A DNA stretch of 64,000 bases. Source: Anaerohalosphaeraceae bacterium (lineage in GTDB: Bacteria > Planctomycetota > Phycisphaerae > Sedimentisphaerales > Anaerohalosphaeraceae). Within the stretch, counting starts at the first letter, position 1, and each line of letters opens with the position of its first letter. The stretch is taken from contig CAXXSL010000019.1 in assembly GCA_963675525.2 (NCBI GenBank), forward strand, positions 1 to 64,000, in the 5' to 3' direction. Position numbers and translations under genes: made by a program. Positions 27,428 through 38,283 of the stretch are shown here, piece after piece. The notes beneath the pieces were generated by a model, which was given only the letters and a program-made list of their open reading frames with translations, did not search any database and was not told the DNA's origin.

Positions 27428-27625
27428 ATGAAAGCTTCTGAAATCAGAGATATGCGGTCGGATGAACGGCAGGAAAAATTCGAAGTCTTACAGAGACAGT
27501 TGTTTGATCTTCGTGCTCAAGCCGTTACCGAGAATCTGGAAAACCGTCATGCGATTCGCAATGTGCGTCGCGATATTGCACGGGTCAAAACCATTATGAA
27601 CCAAGAACAGGGTAAGGTCCAGTAA
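27428..27625 (+). CDS. rpmC: 50S ribosomal protein L29
   Basis: [13 protein letters not shown]. Confidence 0.97.
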   Translation: MKASEIRDMRSDERQEKFEVLQRQLFDLRAQAVTENLENRHAIRNVRRDIARVKTIMNQEQGKVQ

Positions 27626-27629
27626 AGGC

Positions 27630-27893
27630 ATGGAAAATAAAGAACAAAAAAAGAACACACGAGCGTTCGTTGTATCAAAAAGCGGTGATAAGAGCATCAC
27701 TTGCCAGATTGATTATAAAGTGAAACACCCACGATACGGCAAGTATATTCGCCGCCGAACCAAGATGGGTGTTCATGATCCGCAGAATCTTGCAGCGATC
27801 GGCGATATTGTGGAAATAACGGAGTGCAGACCGATCAGTAAGACCAAAAACTGGCGTCTGGTAAAAGTATTGGAAAAAGCAGTTTTAGAGTAA
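27630..27893 (+). CDS. rpsQ: 30S ribosomal protein S17
   Basis: [19 protein letters not shown]. Confidence 0.98.
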   Translation: MENKEQKKNTRAFVVSKSGDKSITCQIDYKVKHPRYGKYIRRRTKMGVHDPQNLAAIGDIVEITECRPISKTKNWRLVKVLEKAVLE

Positions 27894-27904
27894 AGGGCGG
27901 ACCA

Positions 27905-28294
27905 TTGATTCAGCAGGAAACCATGTTGGAAATCGCCGATAACAGCGGCGTTAAGACGGCACAATGTATTAAGGTGCTGGGTAAGTGCAGTTCGCGAACT
28001 GGAAAAAGTACCCGTCCGATAGCGACTGTTGGAGATATTGTTTCTGTGGCGATTAAAAAGCACCTTCCCAACTGTTCGTTGGATAAAAAGAAGGTTTACC
28101 GGTGTGTGATCATTCGGACCAAATATCCGGTACGTCGTCAGGACGGCAGCTATGTCCGTTTTGACAGCAATGCGGCGGTGATGATCGATGAAAATAAAAA
28201 TCCCGTAGGAACTCGTATTTTTGGCGCGGTTGCTCGTGAATTGCGTGAAAAGAATTTTATGAAGATCGTCTCTCTGGCCAGTGAGGTTGTATAG
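27905..28294 (+). CDS. rplN: 50S ribosomal protein L14
   Basis: [21 protein letters not shown] start. Confidence 0.98.
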   Translation: MIQQETMLEIADNSGVKTAQCIKVLGKCSSRTGKSTRPIATVGDIVSVAIKKHLPNCSLDKKKVYRCVIIRTKYPVRRQDGSYVRFDSNAAVMIDENKNPVGTRIFGAVARELREKNFMKIVSLASEVV

Positions 28295-28324
28295 CACTGA
28301 CGGAAAACGCAAAAGAGGATAATA

Positions 28325-28666
28325 ATGGCAAAACATGTAAAAAAAGGTGATACAGTAGAAATTATTGCCGGCGTTAATAAAGGCGCCACGGGCAAGGTGA
28401 TGCGTGTGATCCCGGGTAAAGACAGGGTACTGGTGGAAGGTATTAATCTTGCCCACAAGCACGTTCGTCCGTCTCAGAAGAATCCCCAGGGCGGCCGGAT
28501 CCGTGTCGAAAGGCCGATTCACATCAGTAATGTTTTGCCGGTGAATTCGAAAAGCAATAAGGGAACCCGTGTGCGTTTTGAAGTGGATGCCAAGGGGAAC
28601 AAAAGGCGCGTTGCTGGTGATGGCTCCGAAATCAGCATCGTTACCAAATCAAAGAAGAAAAAATAA
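28325..28666 (+). CDS. rplX: 50S ribosomal protein L24
   Basis: KKGDTVEIIAG, PIHISNV. Confidence 0.98.
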   Translation: MAKHVKKGDTVEIIAGVNKGATGKVMRVIPGKDRVLVEGINLAHKHVRPSQKNPQGGRIRVERPIHISNVLPVNSKSNKGTRVRFEVDAKGNKRRVAGDGSEISIVTKSKKKK

Positions 28667-28692
28667 CCAAGTTGAGGGTTAAAGGATAATCA

Positions 28693-29238
28693 ATGGCTCG
28701 TTTAAAAGACATATACAACAGTAAAGTTGCTCCGTCGCTGAAGGAGAAATATAAGTACTCCAGCACGATGGCGATTCCGCGGATTGAGAAAGTTGTCATT
28801 TCCATGGGCGTCGGCAAAGCGGTTCAGGATAAGAAATTCATGGACAACGCATTCAAGGATGTGACGGTCATCACCGGTCAAAAACCGCTTGTTTGCAAGG
28901 CCAGGAAGAGCGTGTCAAACTTTAAGGTTCGCGAGGGCGACAAGACCGGTTTGAAAGTGACATTGCGAAAAGAACGCATGTATGAGTTTATGGATCGCCT
29001 CATTAACTTGGCGATTCCGCGAGTGAAGGACTTTCGCGGCTTAAATCCCGACGGATTTGACGGTCGCGGTAATTACTCAATGGGACTGGAAGAACAGAGC
29101 GTGTTTCCGGAAATTGATCCATCCCGCATTGAGACACAGCAGGGTATGAATATTACATTTGTTACAACCGCCAACACGGATGATGAGGCGCGGGAAATGT
29201 TGAAATTGTTTGGAATGCCTTTTAAGGCGACGTCATAA
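28693..29238 (+). CDS. rplE: 50S ribosomal protein L5
   Basis: PRVKDFRG, FDGRGNY. Confidence 0.99.
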   Translation: MARLKDIYNSKVAPSLKEKYKYSSTMAIPRIEKVVISMGVGKAVQDKKFMDNAFKDVTVITGQKPLVCKARKSVSNFKVREGDKTGLKVTLRKERMYEFMDRLINLAIPRVKDFRGLNPDGFDGRGNYSMGLEEQSVFPEIDPSRIETQQGMNITFVTTANTDDEAREMLKLFGMPFKATS

Positions 29239-29268
29239 GCATTAATCGATGAGGATTTGGAGTCTTGT

Positions 29269-29454
29269 ATGTCCACAACGGCACTTGAAAATAAAGCCAG
29301 AAAGAAACCGAAATACCAAAGCCGGGGATACACACGCTGCGAGATATGCGGACGTGCCAGGGCGGTCTATCGGAAGTTTAAAATATGCCGAATTTGCTTT
29401 AGAACCATGGCCAATGAAGGCAAAATACCCGGTGTAAAGAAGGCGAGCTGGTAA
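29269..29454 (+). CDS. rpsN: 30S ribosomal protein S14 (Zn-binding type Z)
   Basis: RCEICGR...CRICFR, KKASW; 61 aa from ATG 29269. Confidence 0.97.
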   Translation: MSTTALENKARKKPKYQSRGYTRCEICGRARAVYRKFKICRICFRTMANEGKIPGVKKASW

Positions 29455-29494
29455 AACAGTAATCGTTAATGAATTTTAATTTTGGAGCAGTTGA

Positions 29495-29893
29495 ATGAGT
29501 TTGAGTGATCCCATTGCGGATATGCTGACAAGAATACGGAATGCCTCTCGTGTCGGAAGACAGGACGTGAAGATCCCGGCGTCCAAGATTTGCCAGGGTA
29601 TCGCGAATGTTCTGAAAGAAGAGGGATATATCAGCGATTTTGATCGCATTGATGACGAGAAACAAGGAATCCTTCGTGTCTTGCTGAAGTACACACCGGG
29701 AGGTGAACCGGTGATTACGATGATCAGTCGTGCCAGTAAACCAGGTTGTCGCGTCTATAAAGGCAAAGATGAGTTGCCTCGCGTGATGGGCGGGTTAGGT
29801 ATTTCGATTGTTTCTACCAGTAAAGGCGTAATGAGTGATAGAAAATGTCGATCTGAGAATATCGGCGGTGAATTGATTTGCACGGTGAGCTAA
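29495..29893 (+). CDS. rpsH: 30S ribosomal protein S8
   Basis: DPIADMLTRIRN, STSKGVM. Confidence 0.99.
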   Translation: MSLSDPIADMLTRIRNASRVGRQDVKIPASKICQGIANVLKEEGYISDFDRIDDEKQGILRVLLKYTPGGEPVITMISRASKPGCRVYKGKDELPRVMGGLGISIVSTSKGVMSDRKCRSENIGGELICTVS

Positions 29894-30463
29894 ATGAGTC
29901 GTATAGGAAAAAAACCAATTGCAGTTCCGTCAGGTGTCAAGGTTGAGCAAAAGGCTCGGGTTTTTAAGGTGACCGGTCCCAAGGGCACGCTGGAAATGGA
30001 ATGTCATCCGGACATTGACGTAAAAGTTGAGAATGACGCAGTCATTGTCGATAACCCGCAACAGGATGATCGAGCCAAAAAAGCATTACACGGGACCATG
30101 CGAGCCTTGCTTAACAACATGGTCGTTGGGGTCAGTCAGGGTTTCGAAAAGAAGATGCAGATTTTTGGCACCGGCTACAACGTCAAGGAGCAGAGCGGTA
30201 AGCTTGTGCTGAATGTCGGATATTGTCATCCGATAGAACTGAAGATCCCCAAGAGTGTAAACGTGGAGATTAAGACGCCCGCCACTCGTGGAAATGATGT
30301 TCCCGCCTTGTTTACCCTTTCCGGTCCGGATAAACAGGAACTGGGGCAGTTTGCGGCGGTGGTCCGCAAGGTTCGCCCGCCGGAACCGTATCAGGGCAAG
30401 GGAATCCGTTATGCGGATGAGCATGTTGTACGCAAAGAAGGCAAGGCCTTTGGTGCGGGCTAA
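29894..30463 (+). CDS. rplF: 50S ribosomal protein L6
   Basis: MSRIGKKP, PPEPYQGKGIRY. Confidence 0.99.
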   Translation: MSRIGKKPIAVPSGVKVEQKARVFKVTGPKGTLEMECHPDIDVKVENDAVIVDNPQQDDRAKKALHGTMRALLNNMVVGVSQGFEKKMQIFGTGYNVKEQSGKLVLNVGYCHPIELKIPKSVNVEIKTPATRGNDVPALFTLSGPDKQELGQFAAVVRKVRPPEPYQGKGIRYADEHVVRKEGKAFGAG

Positions 30464-30538
30464 TTATCTCAGGATAGATCGATGTGATCGCCGCAGCCAT
30501 GCGGCGTAACAGTTCACAATAAAAGGAAATCGGTAAAA

Positions 30539-30904
30539 ATGCAGAAAGAAAAGATAAAACAGGCTCGAATAAGACGCAACTGGCGTTCGAGGAGCAAAAT
30601 ATTTGGGACGCCGGAACGTCCCCGTTTGGTGGTTTACCGTTCGGCGCGGCATATCTATGCACAGATCATTGATGATCTGGCGGGGGTGACCCTGGTGTCG
30701 GCCAGTACGCAGGCCAAGGGACTGCGTGACGCCCTTAAGTCCGGTGGAAACAAGGAAGCGGCTAAAGTTGTCGGTACCACGATCGCCAAGCAGGCAATAG
30801 GTGTCGGCATCAAGGCCATTTGCTTTGATCGAAACGGATATAAGTATCATGGCCGGGTCAAGGCCCTGGCGGATGCGGCTCGTGAAGCCGGACTAGCTCT
30901 CTAA
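30539..30904 (+). CDS. rplR: 50S ribosomal protein L18
   Basis: [21 protein letters not shown]. Confidence 0.99.
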   Translation: MQKEKIKQARIRRNWRSRSKIFGTPERPRLVVYRSARHIYAQIIDDLAGVTLVSASTQAKGLRDALKSGGNKEAAKVVGTTIAKQAIGVGIKAICFDRNGYKYHGRVKALADAAREAGLAL

Positions 30905-30937
30905 AGAAAACTTTAAACGTAAAAATGGAGATAAAAG

Positions 30938-31453
30938 TTGGCTGAAGAAATCAGAACAGACATTCAAACGGAACAACCGCTGGAAGATACAGTTGTAAAA
31001 GTGTTCCGTAATGCCAAGGTGGTCAAAGGCGGACGTCGTTTCAGCTTTTCCGCTCTGGTGGTAGTAGGTGACCGCAATGGAACCGTTGGGTTTGGCTACG
31101 GAAAAGCCAACGAAGTTCCTCCTTCAGTGGAAAAGGCAGTCAAAGATGCCAAAAAAAATCTGCATAAGGTTCCTGTTGTGGATGGCACGATTCCGCATCC
31201 GGTTATCGGCAAGTGCCGTGCGACTCAGGTAACAATGCTGCCGGCCAGCCCGGGTACCGGTGTTATCGCCGGTTCGAGCGTTCGCGCTGTTCTTGAATAC
31301 GCCGGCGTACGTAATGTATTAACAAAGATTAACGGCAGTCGATCCGCTAAAAACGTCGTGAAGGCGGTTATGGATGGGCTAATGAAACTGCGTGATAAAG
31401 AAACCGTTGAATCTCTACGTGGCGTAGAGATCGAAGTTGAAAAAAGGTGGTGA
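30938..31453 (+). CDS. rpsE: 30S ribosomal protein S5
   Basis: KVVKGGRRFSFSALVVVGD; TTG start after GGAG. Confidence 0.99.
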   Translation: MAEEIRTDIQTEQPLEDTVVKVFRNAKVVKGGRRFSFSALVVVGDRNGTVGFGYGKANEVPPSVEKAVKDAKKNLHKVPVVDGTIPHPVIGKCRATQVTMLPASPGTGVIAGSSVRAVLEYAGVRNVLTKINGSRSAKNVVKAVMDGLMKLRDKETVESLRGVEIEVEKRW

Positions 31454-31461
31454 TAACGACC

Positions 31462-31910
31462 ATGTTAAGCAATGAAATAACAGCAATTGTCGGAGCTCAT
31501 CCGAAACGCAAACGTGTTGGACGCGGCAGAGCAAGCGGGCAGGGCAAAACCAGCGGCGCGGGCACAAGGGATACGGCAGTCGTGCGGGTTCCTCGACGAA
31601 TCTTGCGAATGCCGGCGGTCAGATGCCTTTGTTCCGAAGACTGCCTAAACGCGGGTTTAATAATGTCGTTTTTTCAACACGTTATGAGGTCGTAAACGTC
31701 GCTCAGTTGGAGCGGGTGTTTAGTGATGATGCGAATGTCGGTGTTGAAGAGCTTATTGGTGCCGGTCTTGTCGATTCTCGTCAGAGCAAGGTAAAAATTC
31801 TGGGTGATGGTGAGTTGACCAAAAAGTTAAAGGTAACGGCCCATAAGTTCAGTAAAAGCGCCGAACAGAAAATTTCCGGTTGCGGCGGTTCTGTGAAGGT
31901 GGTTGCCTAA
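31462..31910 (+). CDS. rplO: 50S ribosomal protein L15, broken by a 1-bp deletion near 31557
   Basis: RVGRGRASGQGKTSG in one frame; RGHKG...GGQMPLFRRLPKRGF in another. Confidence 0.95.
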
Positions 31911-31932
31911 GCCACACAGGGAAGGATAAACA

Positions 31933-33291
31933 ATGCTAGGGACATTTGTAAATATTTTTAAAGTGCCGGATTTAAGAAATAAGATCCTGTTTACACTTGT
32001 ATTGCTGTGTATTTACAGGATTGGCTTTCATATTCCGGTTCCGGGGTTTGATTCCGAAAAGATCCAACAAGCTTCCGGGCAGCGGGACAATGAGTCTCCG
32101 CTTGGGCGTGCGGCTGATTATCTGCAGATGTTTACGGGGGGGACATTGAGCCAGTCCAGTCTTTTTGGACTGGGGATTATGCCGTATATTTCAGCATCTA
32201 TTATTCTGATGCTGCTGGGTGAAGTTTTGCCGGCGCTGCGGAAACTCCGCCAGGAGGGGCAGACCGGACATAAGAAAATACAGGAGTATACGCGCTATTT
32301 GACGGTGCCGTTATGCCTGATCCAGGCGATGATGTACATGAAGATGTTTGTCGGCGGAGAATATGTGTTTGCCGGGATGAAAACACAGGCCCTGATCATG
32401 GGTATTGCGGGGATGACCGCCGGTACGCTCTTTTTAATGTGGTTGGGTGAACAGATCGATGAATATGGGATGGGCAACGGTATCAGCCTGATCATTATGG
32501 CCGGTATCCTGTCTCGGATGCCTTGGGCGATAAAGCAGGTTATTGATAATTTTGAGTTCAAAGTCGGCGGCGACCCCGGTACTTACGGTCCCGGAACACT
32601 GATCGTTTTGATTGCGGCGTTTGTGAGTGTTGTGGCCGGAGCGATCCTGATTACCCAGGGCCAACGGCGTATTCCAATTCAGCAGGCCAAGCAAATGCGT
32701 GGTCATCGTATGTATGGCGGTGCTCGTCACTATCTTCCGTTGCGGGTTAACCACGGCGGCGTGATGCCGATCATCTTTGCGTCAAGCTTAATGATGTTTC
32801 CCCCGATCATTTTAGAGCAGTTGAAGCGAATTCCATCGCTGGCCGAGTCTGATATTTATATACAGATAACCGAAGCCTTTAGTACAAGGGCATTTACTTA
32901 TAATGTGGTTTTTGTTGTTATGATTTTCCTGTTTGCTTATTTCTGGACGACGGTTCAGTTTCAGCCGAAAGACATGGCGAAAAATCTGCGTGATCGCGGC
33001 AGCTTTATTCCGGGGCTTCGGCCGGGACACCGCACAGCGGAATATCTTGAAACCGTGATGATTCGAATCACCTTTTTTGGTGCGGCCTTTTTGGCGTTTA
33101 TTGCTGTGGTGCCCAGTCTGGTTGCACAATTGATGAATGTTCCTTTCTCTGTTGCGTCCTTCCTCGGCGGTACAGGATTATTGATTGTTGTCAGCGTCTC
33201 ACTGGATCTGGTTCAGCGGATCGAGGCGAATTTAATTATGCGTAACTACGAAGGATTCGGCGATTCACGAATTAAAGGGGCGTTCCGATGA
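31933..33291 (+). CDS. secY: Preprotein translocase SecY
   Basis: LGIMPYISASII, GNGISLII, IPGLRPG, GGTGLLIVV. Confidence 0.99.
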   Translation: MLGTFVNIFKVPDLRNKILFTLVLLCIYRIGFHIPVPGFDSEKIQQASGQRDNESPLGRAADYLQMFTGGTLSQSSLFGLGIMPYISASIILMLLGEVLPALRKLRQEGQTGHKKIQEYTRYLTVPLCLIQAMMYMKMFVGGEYVFAGMKTQALIMGIAGMTAGTLFLMWLGEQIDEYGMGNGISLIIMAGILSRMPWAIKQVIDNFEFKVGGDPGTYGPGTLIVLIAAFVSVVAGAILITQGQRRIPIQQAKQMRGHRMYGGARHYLPLRVNHGGVMPIIFASSLMMFPPIILEQLKRIPSLAESDIYIQITEAFSTRAFTYNVVFVVMIFLFAYFWTTVQFQPKDMAKNLRDRGSFIPGLRPGHRTAEYLETVMIRITFFGAAFLAFIAVVPSLVAQLMNVPFSVASFLGGTGLLIVVSVSLDLVQRIEANLIMRNYEGFGDSRIKGAFR

Positions 33292-33941
33292 AATTGATAC
33301 TTCTTGGACCTCCCGGTGCAGGCAAAGGCACGCAATGCAAACGTATTATTGAAAAATATGGGATGATTCACTTGTCCAGTGGTGATATTCTGCGTGCTGA
33401 ACGAAAAGCCAATAGTGAACTTGGGCAAAAGGCCCAAAGTTATATGGATAGCGGCGGATTGGTGCCGGACGACCTGATCATTGATATGATGATCGGTGCT
33501 GTTAAAAAAGCCCCTGTGTCCGGCTATGTTCTGGATGGTTTTCCACGGACAGTTGCTCAGGGCGATGGACTTGATGAGGCACTTGAAAAAGCCGGTGAAA
33601 AGATCGATGCGATCGTGAACTTACGTGTTCCAAATGAAGCCATTATCTCTCGTATGACCGGCCGAAGAAGCTGCCCGGAGTGCGGGGCGGTTTATCATAT
33701 TGAAAACCTTAAGCCTAAGGTTGCCGGTCAGTGTGACAAGGGTTGCGGCCTATTGGTTCAGCGACCGGATGATACGCCGGAAGTGGTATCCAATCGGTTG
33801 AAAATTTATGATGAACAGACAGCGGCAGTTGTTGGTTATTATCAGAGCAAAGGGAATGTGATTCTCGATATTGATGCCAACCAGGGAATCGATCAAGTGA
33901 CTGCTGATGTTTTTGAAAAATTAGACGCCCTGAAGGGTTAG
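33288..33941 (+). CDS. adk: Adenylate kinase (Zn-lid type)
   Basis: GPPGAGKGTQ, LDGFPRT, CPEC...CDKGC lid. Confidence 0.98.
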   Translation: MKLILLGPPGAGKGTQCKRIIEKYGMIHLSSGDILRAERKANSELGQKAQSYMDSGGLVPDDLIIDMMIGAVKKAPVSGYVLDGFPRTVAQGDGLDEALEKAGEKIDAIVNLRVPNEAIISRMTGRRSCPECGAVYHIENLKPKVAGQCDKGCGLLVQRPDDTPEVVSNRLKIYDEQTAAVVGYYQSKGNVILDIDANQGIDQVTADVFEKLDALKG

Positions 33942-33952
33942 GTGAGCAGAAA

Positions 33953-34747
33953 ATGCCGATAACGCTTCGGAGCAGTCGGGAAATAGAAATGCTTCGTAAC
34001 GCCGGAGCGGTTGTTGCGAAGGTTCTTTCAAAATTAGAAGAATATGCCAAGCCGGGGGTTAGTACTGCCGAGTTGGATGGGATCGCGCTGGAGATAACAC
34101 ACCAGATGGGTGCGATTGCCTTGTTCAAGGGTGTTCCTTGTCCCTGTATGGATCACCCGTTTCCGGGAGCGATCTGTGCTTCTGTCAATGAGCAGTTGGT
34201 TCATGGGATTCCGTCCAAAAAAGTGATCTTAAAAGAAGGGGACATCCTCAGTATTGACTTTGGCGTAAAGCTCAATGGTTATTGTGGCGACTCTGCAACG
34301 ACGTTTGGTATTGGAAAAATATCGCCGGATCGGCAAAAACTTCTCGATGTGACAAAAGGGCTTTTGGAAATTGCTATTGAGAATATGGCTCCGGGTGTCA
34401 AGTGGAGTACCATTGCCGGCATGATGGAAGAAATGGCTATTCGGGCCAATTTCTCGATTGTCAAAGATTATGTCGGACACGGGATCGGTACGGAGATGCA
34501 CGAAGATCCGAAAGTGCCCAATTTTGTCAGTCGTGAGCTGCTTCGCAATGACATCGTTCTCAAGGAGGGTATGATACTCGCGGTAGAACCGATGGTCAAT
34601 ATGGGCAAGGCGGCCGTGAAAACGCTTTCTGACGGTTGGACCGTTGTAACGAGAGATAAGAAATGCTCGGCACATTTCGAGCATACGATCGCTGTGGTTG
34701 ACGGCGGCTGCGACGTGTTAACGGCTTGCGATCAAAGCGAAGACTAA
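33953..34747 (+). CDS. map: Methionine aminopeptidase type I
   Basis: [28 protein letters not shown]. Confidence 0.98.
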   Translation: MPITLRSSREIEMLRNAGAVVAKVLSKLEEYAKPGVSTAELDGIALEITHQMGAIALFKGVPCPCMDHPFPGAICASVNEQLVHGIPSKKVILKEGDILSIDFGVKLNGYCGDSATTFGIGKISPDRQKLLDVTKGLLEIAIENMAPGVKWSTIAGMMEEMAIRANFSIVKDYVGHGIGTEMHEDPKVPNFVSRELLRNDIVLKEGMILAVEPMVNMGKAAVKTLSDGWTVVTRDKKCSAHFEHTIAVVDGGCDVLTACDQSED

Positions 34748-34764
34748 AGAGAGTAGAAAAAAGT

Positions 34765-34980
34765 ATGGCCAAAAAAGACGCAATCAGACTTGAAGCAAAA
34801 GTCGTGGAAGCGCTGCCCAATGCGATGTTCCGTGTGGAACTCGAGAATGGGCATCAGATACTGGCGCATGTGTCAGGAAAAATGAGGATGCACTTTATTC
34901 GCATCCTGCCCGGTGATACGGTTACGGTCGAGATGAGCCCGTATGACCTGACCCGGGGACGTATTGTATTGAGAAACTAA
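34765..34980 (+). CDS. infA: Translation initiation factor IF-1
   Basis: [23 protein letters not shown]. Confidence 0.98.
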   Translation: MAKKDAIRLEAKVVEALPNAMFRVELENGHQILAHVSGKMRMHFIRILPGDTVTVEMSPYDLTRGRIVLRN

Positions 34981-35006
34981 AACCTTTGAAAGCAGAAGGT
35001 GTCAGC

Positions 35007-35123
35007 ATGAAAGTAAGAAGCTCAGTAAAACGAATTTGTGAGAAATGTAAAATCATCCGCCGTAAGGGCGTGTTGCGCGTGATTTGTTCAGCCAATCAGC
35101 GTCACAAGCAGCGTCAGGGTTAA
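35007..35123 (+). CDS. rpmJ: 50S ribosomal protein L36 (not in the ORF track)
   Basis: Manual translation [38 protein letters not shown]. Confidence 0.97.
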   Translation: MKVRSSVKRICEKCKIIRRKGVLRVICSANQRHKQRQG

Positions 35124-35161
35124 GGATGAATAATGGTTAATTTTAAGGTATAGGAGTTATT

Positions 35162-35545
35162 ATGCCGCGTATTGTTGGTGTTGATGTTCCAAATAATAAG
35201 CCGACCTGGATTGCGTTAACTTATATTCATGGAATCGGACGTCATACGGCTCAGTTGATCCTGCACGAAGCGGCGATTGACGGTACGCTTCGCGCCGGGA
35301 AACTGACGGAAGAGGAAGTGACCAAGATCGCCCAGATCATTACACGCGACTATCCGGTTGAAGGTCAGTTGCGCCGTCAGGTATCGCAGAATATCGTCCG
35401 CCTGAAAGACATCGCCTGTTACCGCGGAATGCGGCATCGCCGGGGACTTCCGGTTCGGGGTCAGCAGACGCAGAGTAATGCGCGAACCCGAAAAGGTAAG
35501 AAGAAAACGGTTGCCGGCAAAAAGGGTGTAAAAGAATTACGTTAA
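35162..35545 (+). CDS. rpsM: 30S ribosomal protein S13
   Basis: [18 protein letters not shown]. Confidence 0.99.
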   Translation: MPRIVGVDVPNNKPTWIALTYIHGIGRHTAQLILHEAAIDGTLRAGKLTEEEVTKIAQIITRDYPVEGQLRRQVSQNIVRLKDIACYRGMRHRRGLPVRGQQTQSNARTRKGKKKTVAGKKGVKELR

Positions 35546-35595
35546 TCGATCTTTGAACGATGACGAATATTGAAATTCTTAGGAACGAATAGAAA

Positions 35596-35976
35596 ATGGC
35601 AAAAAGTATCAAACGGAAAATCAGGAAAAATCTTGTACGCGGAATCGTCCATATTAAGGCGACGTTCAACAACACGCTGGTAACCATTTCGGATCCGGAT
35701 GGCGGAGTTGTTTGTCAGGATTCCGGTGGAAGTGTAGGATTTAAAGGGTCACGTAAAAGTACTCCGTTTGCGGCTCAGCGAGCGGCGGAAAAATGTGCTC
35801 GTACGGCGATGCGGTACGGACTTCGTGAAGTTGAAATTCGTGTAAAAGGTCCGGGGTCGGGCCGTGAATCTGCCATCTCTGCGATCCAGCAGGCCGGATT
35901 GAGAATTTCGTCGATTGAGGACGTGACTCCGATTCCACATAACGGTTGCCGTCCGCGGAAACGCAGAAGAGTTTAA
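35596..35976 (+). CDS. rpsK: 30S ribosomal protein S11
   Basis: [22 protein letters not shown]. Confidence 0.99.
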   Translation: MAKSIKRKIRKNLVRGIVHIKATFNNTLVTISDPDGGVVCQDSGGSVGFKGSRKSTPFAAQRAAEKCARTAMRYGLREVEIRVKGPGSGRESAISAIQQAGLRISSIEDVTPIPHNGCRPRKRRRV

Positions 35977-36033
35977 CCAAAACCATATACAAACAAATTA
36001 AACGATTTGATAAGATAAAGGAATAGTTGAACG

Positions 36034-36666
36034 ATGTCACGATACTTAGGTCCATCATGCAGACTATGCCGCCGGGAAGGCATGAAGCTTATGCTCAAAG
36101 GGGGCCGATGTGAGACAGCCAAATGCTCGCTCGAGAAGCGGGAACGCAGTATGGCTCCCGGTATGCACGGCTGGCGTCGCGGACGCCGAAGTGACTACGG
36201 CGTACGCTTGCGTGAAAAACAGAAAGTGAAACGATATTATGGTCTGATGGAAAAACAATTCATGAGTTATTTCCGAAAGGCCGAACGCCGACCCGGTAAC
36301 ACCGGGGAAATCCTGCTTGAGCTTCTCGAAAGACGTTTGGGCAATGTGGTTTACAAACTGAATTTTGCACCGTCCCGTAAGTCGGCGCGTCAGCTTATTA
36401 CGCATGGACACATTTACCTGAACGGCCGTCGTGTCGATGTTCCCGATATTACCATCAAGGTCGGAGATACGATAACGTTAAAGAATTCCGACAAAAGCCG
36501 AAAAATCGTCAAAGCGCAGCTTGAAAGCAATCCGAATTTTGCGGTTCAGGGATGGCTTCAGTTGGATACTGCAAAACCCATGGCGACGGTTGTTGGAATT
36601 CCGACCCGCGATGATATCCAACTGGCGGTTGAAGAACAGTTGGTTGTGGAATTTTGTTCGAAATAG
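36034..36666 (+). CDS. rpsD: 30S ribosomal protein S4
   Basis: CRLCRREG, LREKQK, ARQLITHGH. Confidence 0.99.
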   Translation: MSRYLGPSCRLCRREGMKLMLKGGRCETAKCSLEKRERSMAPGMHGWRRGRRSDYGVRLREKQKVKRYYGLMEKQFMSYFRKAERRPGNTGEILLELLERRLGNVVYKLNFAPSRKSARQLITHGHIYLNGRRVDVPDITIKVGDTITLKNSDKSRKIVKAQLESNPNFAVQGWLQLDTAKPMATVVGIPTRDDIQLAVEEQLVVEFCSK

Positions 36667-36769
36667 TAATTGAGATCATTAACGCTGGTGAATTACAGAG
36701 AGCGGCCGGTCCTTATGGCCTTAAGGGTATGCCGCTGAGAACATTCACCTCTTTTTAGGAGGCCGTTTT

Positions 36770-37771
36770 ATGAGAGTGACGTGGCGAGGTTTAGAGTTAC
36801 CCACGCGAGTGGAAAAAGACGAACAGGCATCAACCAGTCAATACGGCCGCTTTTATATTGAGCCGTTTGAACGCGGGTTCGGAACGACAATTGGCAACAG
36901 TCTGCGTCGAATCCTGCTTTCCTCTCTGGAGGGAAGTGCGGTTGAATCAATAAAGATTTCCGGTGCCGATCATGAATTTATGTCTGTTCGCGGTGTGGTG
37001 GAAGATGTGACGGATATTGTTATTAATATCAAAAATTTGATTGTCCGGATGCAGGACGATGAACCAAAGACGATCAGGGTGAAGGCCAATAAGGCCGGTC
37101 CGGTGACAGCCGGGATGATCGAGTCTGATGCGTCGATCCAGGTTATCAATAAAGACCTGGTTTTGGCGACACTGACGGAAAATGTTGACTTTGAAATTGA
37201 AATGACGGTTGGGAACGGACGCGGTTATTCTCCGGCTTCTGAGCGAATCGCTGACGAAGACCGTTACGAACAGGAAGTTGGCCGTATTGAGGTCGATGCG
37301 ATTTATTCGCCGGTCGTTCGTGTTCGCTATAAAACCGAAGACACGCGTGTGGGTCAGCGAACAAACTATGACAAGCTCGTTCTTGAGATATGGACTGATG
37401 GAACCGTGTTGCCGGAAATGGCTCTGGTTGAAGCCGGGAAAATTCTTCGCAAGTACGTTAATCCGTTTGTTCAGTATGCACAACTTGGAAAAGATACGGT
37501 TGAAGAAGAAGTACAGGCAGAAGAGACAGCCGAGGAAAGCGTCAACGAAGAGCTGGCGGCTAAGTTGGTTATGCCCATCGAGTCGCTGGAATTGACGGTT
37601 CGCTCAAGCAATTGCCTGGAATCCAATAATATCCAAACGGTGGGTGAATTGGTCATGATGACGGAGGCGGATCTGTTGAAGATTCGAAGTTTTGGAAAGA
37701 CCAGTTTGCGGGAAATTCGCAGGAAACTGGCGGATCTTAATTTGTCATTGGGAATGACTGATATTGGTTAA
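36770..37771 (+). CDS. rpoA: RNA polymerase alpha subunit
   Basis: EPFERGFGTTIGNSLRRILLSS; alpha-CTD LTVRSSNCL. Confidence 0.99.
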   Translation: MRVTWRGLELPTRVEKDEQASTSQYGRFYIEPFERGFGTTIGNSLRRILLSSLEGSAVESIKISGADHEFMSVRGVVEDVTDIVINIKNLIVRMQDDEPKTIRVKANKAGPVTAGMIESDASIQVINKDLVLATLTENVDFEIEMTVGNGRGYSPASERIADEDRYEQEVGRIEVDAIYSPVVRVRYKTEDTRVGQRTNYDKLVLEIWTDGTVLPEMALVEAGKILRKYVNPFVQYAQLGKDTVEEEVQAEETAEESVNEELAAKLVMPIESLELTVRSSNCLESNNIQTVGELVMMTEADLLKIRSFGKTSLREIRRKLADLNLSLGMTDIG

Positions 37772-37813
37772 GTAATAAAACGATTGCCAAAGAAAGAAAA
37801 AGGGTAGAATAAT

Positions 37814-38254
37814 ATGCGTCATCGAGTAGCTGGACGTCATTTAAGCAGAACAAGCGAGCATCGGCTTGCGTTACGCCGCAACCTGGTTTCATCCTTGTTT
37901 GAACATGAGACGATTTCAACAACACAGGAAAAAGCCAAAGAAGTCCGCGGCTTTGCTGAGAAACTGATTACGCTTTCCAAAAAGGGAACGCTCGCTGCTC
38001 GCCGGCGTGCGATTGCCATGCTGAATAACCGCGCGATTTATGCCGAAGAAGACGGCAAGATGGTTAAAAAGGGAACTGTTGTCGGTAAGCTTTTCAGCGA
38101 GATCGGCCCCCGTTACCTGGATCGTCCGGGTGGGTACACGCGTATTATCAAGCTCCCCAAACGGCGGCTTGGTGATGGAGGAAAGCTTGTGCTGCTGCAG
38201 TTGGTAGGTGCCGGCCAGGAGAAAAAACAGAAGGCTGACGAAAAGAAAAAGTAG
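37814..38254 (+). CDS. rplQ: 50S ribosomal protein L17
   Basis: MRHR, RPGGYTRIIK. Confidence 0.99.
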   Translation: MRHRVAGRHLSRTSEHRLALRRNLVSSLFEHETISTTQEKAKEVRGFAEKLITLSKKGTLAARRRAIAMLNNRAIYAEEDGKMVKKGTVVGKLFSEIGPRYLDRPGGYTRIIKLPKRRLGDGGKLVLLQLVGAGQEKKQKADEKKK

Positions 38255-38283
38255 CGTTTTGTTGAAGTCGGAGGAACTTGTCG

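Noticed and set aside
31453..31462. Missing rpmD (L30) between rpsE and rplO as a deletion or novelty
   Set aside because: Genes are 8 bp apart with no remnant; L30 absence is known in several lineages including PVC bacteria
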